DNA from: Synechococcus sp.
GTDB lineage: Bacteria > Cyanobacteriota > Cyanobacteriia > PCC-6307 > Cyanobiaceae
Assembly: GCA_047285805.1 (NCBI GenBank)
Contig: JBJBCN010000003.1
Coordinates: forward strand, 768,001 to 832,000
Direction of reading: 5' to 3'
Length of the DNA: 64,000 bases
Shown here: positions 1 through 12,484 of the stretch, piece by piece
Numbering within the stretch: position 1 is the stretch's first letter
How the letters are laid out: each line of letters begins with the position of its first letter
Position numbers and translations under genes: made by a program
Notes under the pieces: generated by a model
Database searches by the model: none
Told to the model about the DNA's origin: nothing
The model's input: only the letters and a program-made list of their open reading frames with translations

Positions 1-242
1 TGGGCTTCGATTTCGCCGGGATCCATCTGGCTTTCCACCCGTTTGATCACGCCGGTCCACACGGCAAACACCCAGGCAGCCGTGGCGCCGACTCCGCCCA
101 CCAAAAGCAGGAGTGCCGCCAGCGGCATCGTCGTGGTCACCCCGGGCAGAAAGCGCACAGTTGTCGGAGCGGTGTTCTCCAGGGTGAACATCACCGTGGC
201 CAAACCAAAGCTGAAGATCAGCAGGAAGTTCAGCTGCTTCAT
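1..242 (-). CDS. LapA/DUF1049-like small membrane protein (3' end runs off the window)
   Basis: Not in ORF track. Reading from ATG at 242 on the minus strand gives MKQLNFLLIFSFGLATVMFTLENTAPTTVRFLPG...PLAALLLLVGGVGATAAWVF, a two-TM pattern typical of LapA-domain proteins. No stop before the window edge. Confidence 0.7.
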   Translation of the reverse strand, partial: MKQLNFLLIFSFGLATVMFTLENTAPTTVRFLPGVTTTMPLAALLLLVGGVGATAAWVFAVWTGVIKRVESQMDPGEIEA

Positions 243-303
243 GGCTTCGCGGGGCCGCTGGTCGTGCTGACTTGAGATTACGGAGATCGCTTCGTTCTGG
301 CAC

Positions 304-326
304 GCGCAACCCCGAAGGGGCTGCGC
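304..326 (-). terminator. GC-rich stem-loop just downstream of ndhD
   Basis: Minus strand GCGCAGCCC-C(UUCG)-GGGUUGCGC, about 12 nt after the ndhD stop. No clear U-tract, so it may be a stabilising hairpin rather than a terminator. Confidence 0.45.
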
Positions 327-338
327 TTCGTAATGGCC

Positions 339-1970
339 CTAGCTGAGGGCAGGGGCCTGCAGTAGTGGTGCCTGTCGAATCAAGCCCGCTCCAGCAGGAG
401 CGGTGAGGGCCTTCATTGAGCTCTCGTTTCTAGCCACCAGCAGTTCCATTGAGGCCTTGTAGCTGTCGGTCATTAACCGCGGGTAGAGGCCAATGCCGAT
501 GATCGGCACCAAGAGACAGCTAATGATGTAGATCTCGCGGGGCTCGGCATCCACCAGGTTGGTGTGGTCAACGAGCTCGGCTTTTTCCTTGCCGTAGAAG
601 ATCTCCCGCAGCATGGAGAGCAGGTAGATCGGGGTCAGGATCACGCCGATCGCGGCGAGGCCGTCAATGGCCACCCGGAAGGGAAGCGTGTAGGCGTCGT
701 CAGTGGCGAATCCTACGAAGACCATCAGTTCGCTAACGAAGCCGCTCATCCCAGGAAGGGCCAAGGACGCGAGCGAGCAGACCGTCCAGAGCGCAAACAT
801 TTTGCGCATCTTTTGGCCGACCCCACCCATCTCGTCGAGTTGAAGGGTGTGGGTTCGGTCGTAGGTGGCTCCCACCAGGAAGAAGAGCGAGGCGCCAATG
901 AGACCGTGGCTGATCATCTGCAGCATCGCCCCGCTGGAGCCCAGGGCGCTGAAGCTGCCAATGCCAATCAGCACAAAGCCCATGTGGCTAATAGAGCTGT
1001 AGGCGATCTTGCGTTTGAGGTTGCGCTGGGCGAATGAGGTGAGGGCGGCATAAATGATGTTCACCACCCCCAGCACCACCAACAGCGGGGCGAAGACGGC
1101 GTGCCCATCTGGAAGGATCTGACAGTTGAAGCGCAGCAGCGCATAGCCGCCCATCTTCAGCAGGATGCCGGCCAGCAACATGTGAACCGGGGCTGTGGCC
1201 TCGCCGTGGGCATCCGGTAGCCAGGTGTGGAGTGGAACGATCGGCAGCTTCACGCCGAAGGCGATCAGCAAGCCCGCATAGGCCAACAGTTGGAACTTCA
1301 AGGGGAATCCCTTGGCCATCAGGTCGCTGTACTCAAAGCTGGTGTGGCCGCCGTAGAAGGCCATCGCCAACCCCGCCAGGAGGATGAACAGCGAACTGCC
1401 AGCGGTGTAGAGGATGAATTTGGTGGCGGCGTACTGGCGTTTTTTGCCCCCCCAAATCGCGAGCAGGAGATAGACCGGAATCAGCTCCAGCTCCCAGGCC
1501 AGGAAGAAGAGCAGCATGTCCTGGACAGCGAAGACGGCGATTTGGCCGCCATCCATGGCCAGCAGCAGGAAATAGAACAGCCTCGACTTAAAGCTCACCG
1601 GCCAGGCCGCCAGGACCGCTAGGGCTGTGATGAAGCTAGTGAGAAGGATAAGCGGCATGGAGATGCCGTCGGCACCTACCGACCAGGCCAGCCCGAGTTC
1701 GGGGAGCCAGCTCACCCGCTCGACCAATTGCAGATTCGGGTCGCTCGGGTCGTAGCCCGTCAGGTACCCGCCCACTGTCAGCAGGAAGGTGATTAGGGCA
1801 ATCCCGAGGGCGAACCAGCGGACCTGCTTCCCATCTCCCTGGTCAGGGATGAAGGGGATACAGAGTGCCGCTCCAATGGGGAACAGGATCGAGGCGCTGA
1901 GCCAGGGGAAGGCCGTGCTGCTCGCCTGTTCCGCCGCGACGGCTAGGGTTGAAACGAAGTCCAGGAGCAC
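339..1970 (-). CDS. ndhD: NAD(P)H-quinone oxidoreductase subunit 4 (NdhD1 type)
   Basis: 543 aa polytopic protein with [19 protein letters not shown] and [10 protein letters not shown] motifs; adjacent to ndhF. Confidence 0.96.
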   Translation of the reverse strand: MLLDFVSTLAVAAEQASSTAFPWLSASILFPIGAALCIPFIPDQGDGKQVRWFALGIALITFLLTVGGYLTGYDPSDPNLQLVERVSWLPELGLAWSVGADGISMPLILLTSFITALAVLAAWPVSFKSRLFYFLLLAMDGGQIAVFAVQDMLLFFLAWELELIPVYLLLAIWGGKKRQYAATKFILYTAGSSLFILLAGLAMAFYGGHTSFEYSDLMAKGFPLKFQLLAYAGLLIAFGVKLPIVPLHTWLPDAHGEATAPVHMLLAGILLKMGGYALLRFNCQILPDGHAVFAPLLVVLGVVNIIYAALTSFAQRNLKRKIAYSSISHMGFVLIGIGSFSALGSSGAMLQMISHGLIGASLFFLVGATYDRTHTLQLDEMGGVGQKMRKMFALWTVCSLASLALPGMSGFVSELMVFVGFATDDAYTLPFRVAIDGLAAIGVILTPIYLLSMLREIFYGKEKAELVDHTNLVDAEPREIYIISCLLVPIIGIGLYPRLMTDSYKASMELLVARNESSMKALTAPAGAGLIRQAPLLQAPALS

Positions 1971-2063
1971 CGAAAGCGGATCGCTTTAGGCGGAGTGTAG
2001 AAATGCTCACCACGACGCGCTCCTAGGAGTGGTCGATGTCACACAGAGCGTTGTGAGCGGCGG

Positions 2064-4082
2064 TTAACCCAGGGCGCCGAAGAGAACCACCAGAGCAATC
2101 ACGCCACCAAAAACGATTAGGGCATAGAACTGCGCTCGGCCCGTTTCGAAGTACTTCAGGCCTTCGCCGCTGCCCAGGGTGACCAGGCCGGTGAGGTTGA
2201 CCACCCCATCCACCACCTTGGAGTCGACCTCTAGGACGGAGCGGGCCAGCTTGCGGCTGCCTTGAACGAAAAGCTTGTCGTTGATCGCGTCCAGATACCA
2301 CTTGTTGGCTAAGAAGGTATTGATCCTGGGGAAGCGAGCCGCCACCGCGGTCGCCAGGTCTAGCTTCCGAAGGGAATATGCCAAGACCGCCACAGTGATG
2401 CCGATCAAGGAGATCGCGACGGAGGCGCCGGCTAAGGGCAGGAATTCACCCCAGCTGAAGTGTTCGGCCGCCTCTGCGGCCTCCTGAGGGTTAAGCAGAT
2501 TGTCAAAGCGGCTGCTCCAGGGCATTCCAAAGAAGCCCACCAGGACCGAGGGCACGGCGAGGACGGCCAGGGGTATGGCCATCTGCCAGCCGGATTCATG
2601 AGGATGCTCGGCCTGGGCATGGTTTTCGCCATGCTCGTCGCCGTGTTCATCGGCGCTTTTTCCTGCGGCGGCCATCAACTGGGCCTGCATGGCCTTGTCG
2701 TTTCCGCGGAACTCGCCTTCAAAAGTCAGGAAGTAAAGCCGGAACATGTAGAAGGCGGTCATGCCGGCGGTCACAAAGCCGGCGGCCCAGAGGATTGGGA
2801 AGCTGCCTAAGGCTTGGCCCAGGATTTCGTCCTTGCTCCAGAAGCCGGCCAGGGGCGGAATTCCGCTGATGGCCAGGCAGCCGATGAAGAAGGTGCTGCT
2901 GGTGACCGGCATGAATTTGCGCAGGCCGCCCATCAAGCGCATGTCCTGGGCCAGGACCGCTTCGTGGCCGACAACCTCTTCCATGGCGTGGATCACCGAG
3001 CCGGAGCCCAGAAAGAGCATCGCCTTGAAGAAGGCATGGGTAACCAGGTGGAACATGCCGGCCACCGGAGCCCCACACCCCATCGCCAGCATCATGTAGC
3101 CAAGTTGGCTGACGGTGCTGTATGCCAGACCTTTCTTCAGGTCCATCTGGGTGAGTGCAATCGAGGCCCCCAAGAAGAGGGTGATTGTTCCAATGACGGC
3201 CACGACGACCTGCACTTCATGGAACGGCACGTAGACGGGCTGGAGTCTGGCAACCAGGAAGACGCCCGCCGCCACCATGGTGGCCGCGTGAATCAGAGCT
3301 GAAATGGGGGTTGGGCCCTCCATCGCATCGGGCAACCAGACATGGAGCGGGAACTGGGCCGACTTGGCCATCGGTCCCATGAACACCAGCAGGCAGAGCA
3401 GGATTGCGATGCCGTTGGAGACACTGCCGGCGCTGATCGCCTCCTGGAGGCGCACTCCGATCTCTTCAAAGCCGAAGCTTCCGGTGGCCCAGAACATTCC
3501 GAGGATGCCGAGCAGCAGGCCGAAGTCACCAACGCGGTTCACCACAAAGGCTTTCTGAGCGGCATTAGCGGCTCCATCGCGGTCGTACCAGAAGCCGACT
3601 AGCAGGTAGGAGCACATGCCCACCAGCTCCCAGAACACATAGATCTGCAGCAGGTTGGGGCTGATTACCAGCCCCAACATCGAACTGCTGAACAGGGCCA
3701 GGTAGGTGAAGAAGCGGACATAGCCCTTGTCGTGGGCCATGTAGCCATCGGAGTAGATCATCACCAGGACGGCGATGGTCGTCACCAGCGAGAGCATTAC
3801 GGCTCCTAGGGCATCCACCCGGAAGCCCATCTCCAGGGTGAAGGCCCCGGCGTTGGCCCAGTCGAACAAGATTTCGGTGGTGCCGGCGCCCGCCAACTGC
3901 TGCGCGAGCACGGCGTAACTCAGGACCGCAGCGGCCCCGACACAGCTAATCAACAGCAGCGCAACAGGTTTGCGCAGGCGGTTGAACGTGCGGTTAAAGC
4001 TGATTAGTCCCAGGCCAACGATAGCGGCCCCTATCAGCGGGAGCACCGGGATGAGCCAGGCGAGTTCGGCGGGCGACGGCAT
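2064..4082 (-). CDS. ndhF: NAD(P)H-quinone oxidoreductase subunit 5 (NdhF1 type)
   Basis: 672 aa with KSAQFPLHVWLPDAMEGPTPISALIHAATMV and HAFFKAMLFLGSGSVIH motifs. Confidence 0.97.
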   Translation of the reverse strand: MPSPAELAWLIPVLPLIGAAIVGLGLISFNRTFNRLRKPVALLLISCVGAAAVLSYAVLAQQLAGAGTTEILFDWANAGAFTLEMGFRVDALGAVMLSLVTTIAVLVMIYSDGYMAHDKGYVRFFTYLALFSSSMLGLVISPNLLQIYVFWELVGMCSYLLVGFWYDRDGAANAAQKAFVVNRVGDFGLLLGILGMFWATGSFGFEEIGVRLQEAISAGSVSNGIAILLCLLVFMGPMAKSAQFPLHVWLPDAMEGPTPISALIHAATMVAAGVFLVARLQPVYVPFHEVQVVVAVIGTITLFLGASIALTQMDLKKGLAYSTVSQLGYMMLAMGCGAPVAGMFHLVTHAFFKAMLFLGSGSVIHAMEEVVGHEAVLAQDMRLMGGLRKFMPVTSSTFFIGCLAISGIPPLAGFWSKDEILGQALGSFPILWAAGFVTAGMTAFYMFRLYFLTFEGEFRGNDKAMQAQLMAAAGKSADEHGDEHGENHAQAEHPHESGWQMAIPLAVLAVPSVLVGFFGMPWSSRFDNLLNPQEAAEAAEHFSWGEFLPLAGASVAISLIGITVAVLAYSLRKLDLATAVAARFPRINTFLANKWYLDAINDKLFVQGSRKLARSVLEVDSKVVDGVVNLTGLVTLGSGEGLKYFETGRAQFYALIVFGGVIALVVLFGALG

Positions 4083-4127
4083 CCGGCACTCAGGGAGTCA
4101 GGTTGAGTGTAGGCAGCCTGGTCGGCC

Positions 4128-4868
4128 TTAACCCAGCCAGTGGGCGAGCCCTAATCGACTGAAGCCTGTTGCGGCGACCCCGATGTAGCGATGGGCCCAC
4201 CAGAAAACTCCTACTGCGATGGCGATTCCCAGTTGGGCCGGACGGAGGAATTCAGCGGCCACCAAGTGTTGACGGCCATCGAGCACGGCACGGAAGGGAA
4301 CGATGGAAGTGCTGGCTCTGAGCTCCTCAAAGGCTTCGCCAAAGCGGTTACTGAGGCGACGGTCTCCGTTCCAGACGGCGAAGAGATGGTGGGCGATTAA
4401 GCCGATGCATGTGGCCACCATGAAGCTGCTGCCAACCCAGAGGAGGTGGGTGCAGCACCAGAGGATCTGACCGATCGCCTGGGGGTGGCGACTCACGCGA
4501 ATGATGCCGGTGGCATACATGCGTACCTGGGGTTTGAGCACTGCCGGAATTTCCAACAGGTTGTAGGTGGCCGGATAGAGAAACAAAAAAGAGATGGCTG
4601 CCCCGACCCAGACCAGCGGCACGATCCAGGGTTGGTCTTGGAGGTCCCAGAGCCGGATCCCGTCGTAGCGATGGGCCAGGAAATAGCCGATGACCACGAC
4701 GGCCGAGGGGATGCTCACGGCGGCAAATAGCAGCCGCCAAGCCCGTTCACCAATGCGCTCAGCCCCCCAGTAGCGCAGAGAGGCGCCGCCACTGTGGATG
4801 ACGGCGAACACCAGGAGCAGAGCCAGCATTACCAGGCTGCTGTAGTGGAGGTTGCTGACGCCGCTCAC
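4128..4868 (-). CDS. NnrU-family membrane protein, probable 15-cis-zeta-carotene isomerase (Z-ISO)
   Basis: HSGGASLR, FLFLYPATYNLLEI, GIIRVSRHPQ and HHLFAVWNGDRRL motifs typical of Z-ISO/NnrU. Start uncertain (GTG 4868 or ATG 4829). Confidence 0.8.
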   Translation of the reverse strand: MSGVSNLHYSSLVMLALLLVFAVIHSGGASLRYWGAERIGERAWRLLFAAVSIPSAVVVIGYFLAHRYDGIRLWDLQDQPWIVPLVWVGAAISFLFLYPATYNLLEIPAVLKPQVRMYATGIIRVSRHPQAIGQILWCCTHLLWVGSSFMVATCIGLIAHHLFAVWNGDRRLSNRFGEAFEELRASTSIVPFRAVLDGRQHLVAAEFLRPAQLGIAIAVGVFWWAHRYIGVAATGFSRLGLAHWLG

Positions 4869-4969
4869 AAGCCGGGGTTGCTTTAGTTGCACTGGATTCT
4901 GGCCAAGCGCGTGAACCGGCTGGCCACTCGACCTAGAGTTTTGGTCCCCGCTGAACCGCAGCGCCCTCC

Positions 4970-5956
4970 ATGGCTGATCTGCCGTTCACTCTTGATCAGC
5001 TGCGCATCCTGCGGGCGATCGCCAGCGAGGGCAGCTTTAAGAAGGCCGCCGACAGCCTTTACGTAACCCAGCCGGCGGTCTCGCTGCAGATCCAGAACCT
5101 GGAGAAGCAGCTCAATGTCTCCTTGTTTGATCGGGGTGGCCGCAAGGCCCAGCTGACCGAAGCCGGTCACCTGCTGCTGAGCTACTGCGATCGGATCTTG
5201 AGCCAGTGCCAAGAGGCCTGCCGAGCCCTCGAGGATCTCCATAACCTCAAAGGGGGCTCGTTGATCGTCGGGGCGAGCCAGACCACGGGCACCTATCTAA
5301 TGCCGCGGATGATCGGTCTGTTCCGTCAGAAGTACCCCGAGGTGGCGGTGCAGCTGCAGGTGCACAGCACCCGCCGCACCGGCTGGAGTGTCGCCAACGG
5401 TCAAATCGACCTGGCGATCATTGGTGGTGAGCTGCCGAGTGAGCTCAATGAGCTGCTGCAGGTCATTCCCTACGCCAGTGATGAGCTGGCCTTGGTGCTG
5501 CCCACCAAGCACCCCTTGGCTCGCCTGCCGGAGCTCAGTAAGGACGACCTGTACAGGCTGGGCTTTGTCTCCCTGGACGCTCAGTCCACGACCCGCAAGA
5601 TGGTCGACCAATTGCTGGCGCGCTCGGGTTTGGACCTGTCGCGCCTGAAGATTGAGATGGAGCTCAACTCGTTTGAGGCCATCAAAAACGCCGTCCAGAG
5701 CGGCCTTGGTGCAGCCTTTTTGCCTGTGGTCTCGATCGAGCGGGAATTGGCCGCAGGCAACTTGCATCGCCCGGCTCTGGCGGATCTCTCGGTCCGCCGC
5801 CAGTTGAAGTTGATCACCCATCCCGCCCGCTACTGCTCGCGGGCTGCGGATGCTTTCCGAAAGGAAATCCTGCCGGTCTTCGCCAGTCCGGACAGCCCGT
5901 TACGCCGGCCTATGCCTGCAAGTGCGCCGTCGGAACTCGTGAGCGTCGAAGCCTGA
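4970..5956 (+). CDS. LysR-family transcriptional regulator (Ycf30/RbcR-like)
   Basis: N-terminal [48 protein letters not shown] followed by a LysR substrate-binding domain. Confidence 0.92.
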   Translation: MADLPFTLDQLRILRAIASEGSFKKAADSLYVTQPAVSLQIQNLEKQLNVSLFDRGGRKAQLTEAGHLLLSYCDRILSQCQEACRALEDLHNLKGGSLIVGASQTTGTYLMPRMIGLFRQKYPEVAVQLQVHSTRRTGWSVANGQIDLAIIGGELPSELNELLQVIPYASDELALVLPTKHPLARLPELSKDDLYRLGFVSLDAQSTTRKMVDQLLARSGLDLSRLKIEMELNSFEAIKNAVQSGLGAAFLPVVSIERELAAGNLHRPALADLSVRRQLKLITHPARYCSRAADAFRKEILPVFASPDSPLRRPMPASAPSELVSVEA

Positions 5957-5975
5957 GTGCCCTACTCAGATTAGA

Positions 5976-6607
5976 TCAAAACTGATCGGCTTCAGGGGTG
6001 ATGCCGGCGGCATCGTCGGCAATGCCCTTGGTAATGAATTTGTTGTCGCTTATGTCGGTCTGATAAACGCATCGCACGATCGGTTGGTCTTTGACCGAGC
6101 CGATGTAAGCGAAGGTGTTCATCCGCTGCTTGCACTGACGCATCTGCTCGGAGGTGACCGCACCTTCCTTCTGCAGCACGCTCCAGTTTTCTCGCCTGAT
6201 CACGCAGCCGGGCCGCAGCGCCGGTTGGGTGACGAAGCTCGAGCTGGGGTTCATGGTTGTGTACAACTCGATGTCCATCACGAAGGCACTCGCGCCCCAC
6301 TGTCGGCAGAACTCCGGATCGGGTACCGCCATGTCCAGCTGCTGGGAGCTGGCGATGTTGCCCTGGTCCCCTTGGGTGTTGCTGGAGATGCCGGTGCCGA
6401 TGCCGATCCCGACTACGAGGACGCCCCCCAGGACGGCCACGGTGCCCATGTTGAACTGAAAACCACCGCCCCCGCCTGGGGTTCCCCCGCCGCCTGAGCT
6501 GGGACCCCGGGGCCGGCCGCCACCGCGGCGGGGTTCGCCGTAGCTGTCATGGCCACGCTCGTCGCCGTAGCGATCGTCGTAGGGGCTGCGGCCGTAGCGG
6601 GATCGGG

Positions 6608-6611
<4 letters not shown>
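5976..6611 (-). CDS. DUF3172-family conserved cyanobacterial protein
   Basis: R/G-rich N-terminus, one TM, then [17 protein letters not shown]...[10 protein letters not shown]; stop/start overlap with ndhM. Confidence 0.75.
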
Positions 6612-8492
<1,881 letters not shown>

Positions 8493-8493
<1 letters not shown>

Positions 8494-9425
8494 TGGCGGC
8501 GGTGACAGCAACAGCTGATCTCTCCACCATCTGCTCCCTTGAGGAAGCGTTTGAAGCCTGTCGCCAGGAAACGGCGGAATGGGCCAAGACCTTTTATTTG
8601 GGCACCCTGTTGATGCCCCCGGCCAAGCGTCGGGCCATTTGGGCCATTTACGTCTGGTGCCGTCGCACCGACGAGTTGATGGATAGCCCCGAGGCCATGG
8701 CGCGCCCCGTCTCGGAGCTGGCCGAACGCCTCGATCGTTGGGAAGACCGCACCCGGGCCTTCTTCAAGGGCGAAGTACAGGACGGTCTCGATCGTGTGAT
8801 GGTCGACACCCTCGAGCGCTACCCCCAACCTTTGGCACCTTACCTCGACATGATCGAGGGGATGCGGATGGACTTGAGCACCACCCGCTACACCAGCTTT
8901 GACGACCTCAAGCTGTATTGCTACCGCGTCGCGGGAACGGTGGGGTTGATGACGCAGGAGGTGATGGGGATTGACCCGGCCTATACCTCTGCTCCCTGGA
9001 GTGATCCGCCGGACACCAGTGATGCAGCGGTGGCCCTGGGCATCGCGAACCAGCTCACCAACATCCTTCGGGATGTGGGTGAAGACCGTGGTCGCGGGCG
9101 GATCTACCTGCCCCAAGAGGATCTGCAGCGCTTTGGCTACAGCGAGGAGGAGTTGCTGGCTGGAACCCTCAACGACAGTTGGCGTGAACTGATGCGCTTT
9201 CAGGTGAATCGCGCCCGCGATTGGTTCGCGCTCTCAGAAGCCGGTGTTCGCTGGTTGGCCCCCGACGCCCGCTGGCCGGTTTGGGCTTCGTTGCGCCTCT
9301 ACCGCGGCATTTTGGATGTGATCGAAGAACTCGATTACGACGTCTTCAACCACCGCGCTTTTGTGCCGAGAACTGGAAAGTTCCTCGATCTGCCGCGTTC
9401 CTTCGTAATCGCTCAGGCCCGCTGA
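8493..9425 (+). CDS. crtB: Phytoene synthase
   Basis: AKTFYLGT, WCRRTDELMD, YCYRVAGTVG and NQLTNILRDVGED motifs; TGATG overlap with pds. Confidence 0.96.
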
Positions 9426-10363
9426 GGGCTGTCCCAGCCCAGCTGCAGCCAACGCTCCAGGATCGGATTCACCTGTTCGGGGGCCTCGTCATGGGGGCAG
9501 TGACCCAGGCCCGGCAGGACCTCAAGCTGCTGCACGCAAGGGAACGTCTTCTCCCAGCGCCGTGCTTCCTCTAGGGGTTCCCAGGGATCCGCCTCACCCC
9601 AGAGCATCCGCACGGGTACGGCGAGTCGCTCGAGTAGCTGCGGCGCCAGCCAGTCGTCAAAGAGATTGACGAAGCCCCGGAAGCTCTCTGTTGCTCCGGG
9701 CTCCTGGCTGGGTTTCAACAGCAGTTCGACCAGCGCGTCATCGACGTTGCCACCGCTGGGATAGGCCTGCTTCAGCACGGCACGCACGGCACTGGCCCGC
9801 GCGAAGAAGCGGAAGAGGTTGCTCACGATCCAGCGTTGCCGCACCAGGGCCATCACCACAGGTCGCGAGAGTTGCGCGATGAAGGGCTGCTCCGGTAACC
9901 GCTTGAGGTCGAGATTCCTCTCTGCGCAGTCGATCAGCACGACCTGGGCCGGCGGCTGACCGCCCTCCGAGAGCATCCGGGCGGCATTCAGGGAGACGAC
10001 CCCACCGATGGAGTTGCCGATGAGCTGCAGTGTCACCGGCCCAGCGGCCCCGATGACCTCGCCATAGAAGTCCACCAGTTGGCTGGCCCAGAGGTCAAAG
10101 CCGTAGCGCACGCTGCCCGCGGTCTCCGGTTCGTTCGCCAGGCGGGATAGGGGTTTGCTGCTGCCGCCAAACCCCAGGAGATCAATCGCATAGACCCACT
10201 GGTCCCTGGAGAGGGCCTGGAGGTTGTGTCGCCAATGGCCTTTGGAGGCTCCAAACCCATGCACACAAAGAAGGGCTCGACCGCAGGCGGTGGAGCCCTT
10301 CTGGGGAGGGATTTGGGTGTAGCTGATCTGATGGCCTTTCCAGCTCCAGATCAGCTCATCCAT
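9413..10363 (-). CDS. Alpha/beta-fold hydrolase
   Basis: HGFG oxyanion motif, GNSIGG nucleophile elbow, GHCPHDE catalytic His. Confidence 0.88.
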   Translation of the reverse strand: MDELIWSWKGHQISYTQIPPQKGSTACGRALLCVHGFGASKGHWRHNLQALSRDQWVYAIDLLGFGGSSKPLSRLANEPETAGSVRYGFDLWASQLVDFYGEVIGAAGPVTLQLIGNSIGGVVSLNAARMLSEGGQPPAQVVLIDCAERNLDLKRLPEQPFIAQLSRPVVMALVRQRWIVSNLFRFFARASAVRAVLKQAYPSGGNVDDALVELLLKPSQEPGATESFRGFVNLFDDWLAPQLLERLAVPVRMLWGEADPWEPLEEARRWEKTFPCVQQLEVLPGLGHCPHDEAPEQVNPILERWLQLGWDSPQRA

Positions 10364-10368
10364 CGCAA

Positions 10369-10800
10369 TCAGACCGCAGCCTTCTGGTTTTCGAGCAGGC
10401 CCTTGAGCTTGGCCAGTTCGCCAGCCCAGCGGGGGTCGGGAGCGCCCTCTTCCACGGTGTCGCTGTGGACGACCTTGTTGACAGCCTTGCGGGCCACGGC
10501 GGGGCCGGTGCTGCCACCGGGGCCGCGGCGGTCGTTGCTACCACGACGGTCATCGCGGCGCTCGGAGCGTTCGATGCGCAGATTGTTACCAGCGAACTCA
10601 CGGCCGTTGAGCTGCTCGATCACCGCGTCAGCAACCTTCTCATCGTTGATGTTCGCGAAGCCGAAGCCACGGCCAGTGCCGGTCTCACGGTCCTGGACGG
10701 CCTTGAAGCGGATGCCTTCGCCCACGCTGGTGAACAGAGCCTCGAGCTCTTTGGTATCGAAGCTCTGGGGCAGGTTGCCGACGTAAAGACGAACGCTCAT
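10369..10800 (-). CDS. RRM RNA-binding protein (Rbp3-like class)
   Basis: RNP2 LYVGNL, RNP1 RGFGFA, and C-terminal PDPRWA motif. Confidence 0.9.
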   Translation of the reverse strand: MSVRLYVGNLPQSFDTKELEALFTSVGEGIRFKAVQDRETGTGRGFGFANINDEKVADAVIEQLNGREFAGNNLRIERSERRDDRRGSNDRRGPGGSTGPAVARKAVNKVVHSDTVEEGAPDPRWAGELAKLKGLLENQKAAV

Positions 10801-10968
10801 GGGATGAGAGGGAAGGAAAGAAAACGTGTGGGTTCTGGCTGGTCGGGGTTAATCACGAAGCGGCTGCACAGAACCCGACAGCGGAGTTCAATCGGCGACC
10901 TACGGCGTAATGATGTGCCCTAACTGGCTGAATTCAGGTCGTTGATAACGCCTTGCATAGTGAGTTAA

Positions 10969-12204
10969 TCACGGCGGGGTCCCCTCTTCTTGGCTTTTCA
11001 GCCAATGGCGGGCCGCTGCAAGGGCCTCTGCGGTGTCATGGAGGCGGCCAAAGGCCTGCTCAAGCATTAGGAACTGCAGCAGTGATCCCAGCTGTGGAGA
11101 GGCTTTGAGCCCTAACTCACTCTGCAGCTGATCCCCATTGATCGGTGCTTGTGGATGAAACAGCTTGTCTTCGGGGTTTCGCCAACGCTCCAGCCAGGTC
11201 TGGACGGCTTCTTGGCCCCAATGCAGCAGTAAGGCCGGCAGATCGCCGCTGAGCTCCCGGTGCAGTTTGAGGCGTTCCGGTTCCGCGAGGCCCTCGGCGC
11301 GGGTCTCCGGAGCGTCGGGCCCCAGACGCTGTTGCCACTGCCGTAGGCGCTGAACCCGTTGCTGCAGTTTGCGGCTGCTCTTCAGTTGCTGCAGGCCAGC
11401 TCCATCGAGGATCGCGGCTATGCGGGCCAAGGGCAGGGCTTCTTGCCACTCCTCGGCCCTGAAACCCAGGGCCTCCGCCCGTTGCCGGCGGAGGGATTCG
11501 AGAGCTGCTGAGGTCGGACCGTTCTGTTGCCACGGCGCGAGGAGCCCCCAGTCCAGGCAGCGCTGAAGGCCCCGATGGCCCTCAGGGCTTCGGCAGAGCT
11601 TCTCCAGTTCCGCCAGGATCCGCTCGCCTGCGACGCCCGTCAGCTGCTCGCGGTGATCCTGAATCCAGGCTGCGGTTTGGCTCTCCAGCTCGAAGCCGAG
11701 TTCGCTGGCAAGCCGCAGGCCCCGCAGAAAGCGCAGGGGATCGTCCAGCAGGTTGGCTTCGGCGAGGGCCACTATCTGTCCGCTTTGCAGATGCCCCAGC
11801 CCTCCATGGGGATCCACCAGGCGGTCCCGCTGGGCGAGCGGTAGGGCCATGGCGTTGATGCTGTAGTCCCGCCGCTGCAGATCCGCCTCCAAGCTGGGCC
11901 CCTCGCGGCGGGCCAGGTCCACACTCCAGCCTCGGATGACCAGTCGGGCGATGTCCCGCTCCTCATCAAGCACCACCGGACTGCCGCCGTAGCGCTTACT
12001 CAGCGCCTTGCAGAGCCCAATGGCTCCTTCGGCTACCACCAGGTCAAGGTCGGGGGCTGGCCCCAGCCGGTTCAGCAGGGCATCGCGCACGGCCCCGCCG
12101 ACCAAGGCGGCATCGCGGGGGAAGGCGGAGAGGGGAAGCGGCCAGTCCTCAGCCCGCAATGCCCTCCAGGCGGCTGCCGCTGCAGAACCGCCAGAGCCGG
12201 GCAC
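10969..12204 (-). CDS. tRNA nucleotidyltransferase (PolA/CCA family; short form, probably the CC-adding enzyme)
   Basis: LVGGAVRDALL, DLD, DLQRRDYSINAMA and DDPLRFLRGLR motifs; no DHH/CBS extension. GTG 12204 chosen to avoid overlap with ycf34. Confidence 0.85.
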   Translation of the reverse strand: MPGSGGSAAAAAWRALRAEDWPLPLSAFPRDAALVGGAVRDALLNRLGPAPDLDLVVAEGAIGLCKALSKRYGGSPVVLDEERDIARLVIRGWSVDLARREGPSLEADLQRRDYSINAMALPLAQRDRLVDPHGGLGHLQSGQIVALAEANLLDDPLRFLRGLRLASELGFELESQTAAWIQDHREQLTGVAGERILAELEKLCRSPEGHRGLQRCLDWGLLAPWQQNGPTSAALESLRRQRAEALGFRAEEWQEALPLARIAAILDGAGLQQLKSSRKLQQRVQRLRQWQQRLGPDAPETRAEGLAEPERLKLHRELSGDLPALLLHWGQEAVQTWLERWRNPEDKLFHPQAPINGDQLQSELGLKASPQLGSLLQFLMLEQAFGRLHDTAEALAAARHWLKSQEEGTPP

Positions 12205-12232
12205 AATGAACCCATCTGCGCTGACGCTGGAG

Positions 12233-12484
12233 ATGTGCATATGCGTGGACTGCCGCTGGGTCGACCAGTGCCAGGCCTACCACGCAGTCGAGCGCCAGCA
12301 TGGCGTCAAGCACCTCTGTGCGGACCCGCCGTTCGCCCCCAGGGAACCCAAGATCCACGTGCAGGTTCGGGACCTTGGCGCGAGCGCTGTCGGCGTCGAG
12401 TGGGACGTTCGCGCCTGCGGCAGTTTTGAGCTCGAGCGCGGCCGCTGGCAGCGGCTCTGCCCCGGAGAGTTGCTGCCCACATGA
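12233..12484 (+). CDS. ycf34: Ycf34 Fe-S protein
   Basis: MCICVDCRWVDQCQAYHAVERQH...EWDVRACGSF...W; C-terminal part of track ORF 12008..12484. Confidence 0.9.
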   Translation: MCICVDCRWVDQCQAYHAVERQHGVKHLCADPPFAPREPKIHVQVRDLGASAVGVEWDVRACGSFELERGRWQRLCPGELLPT

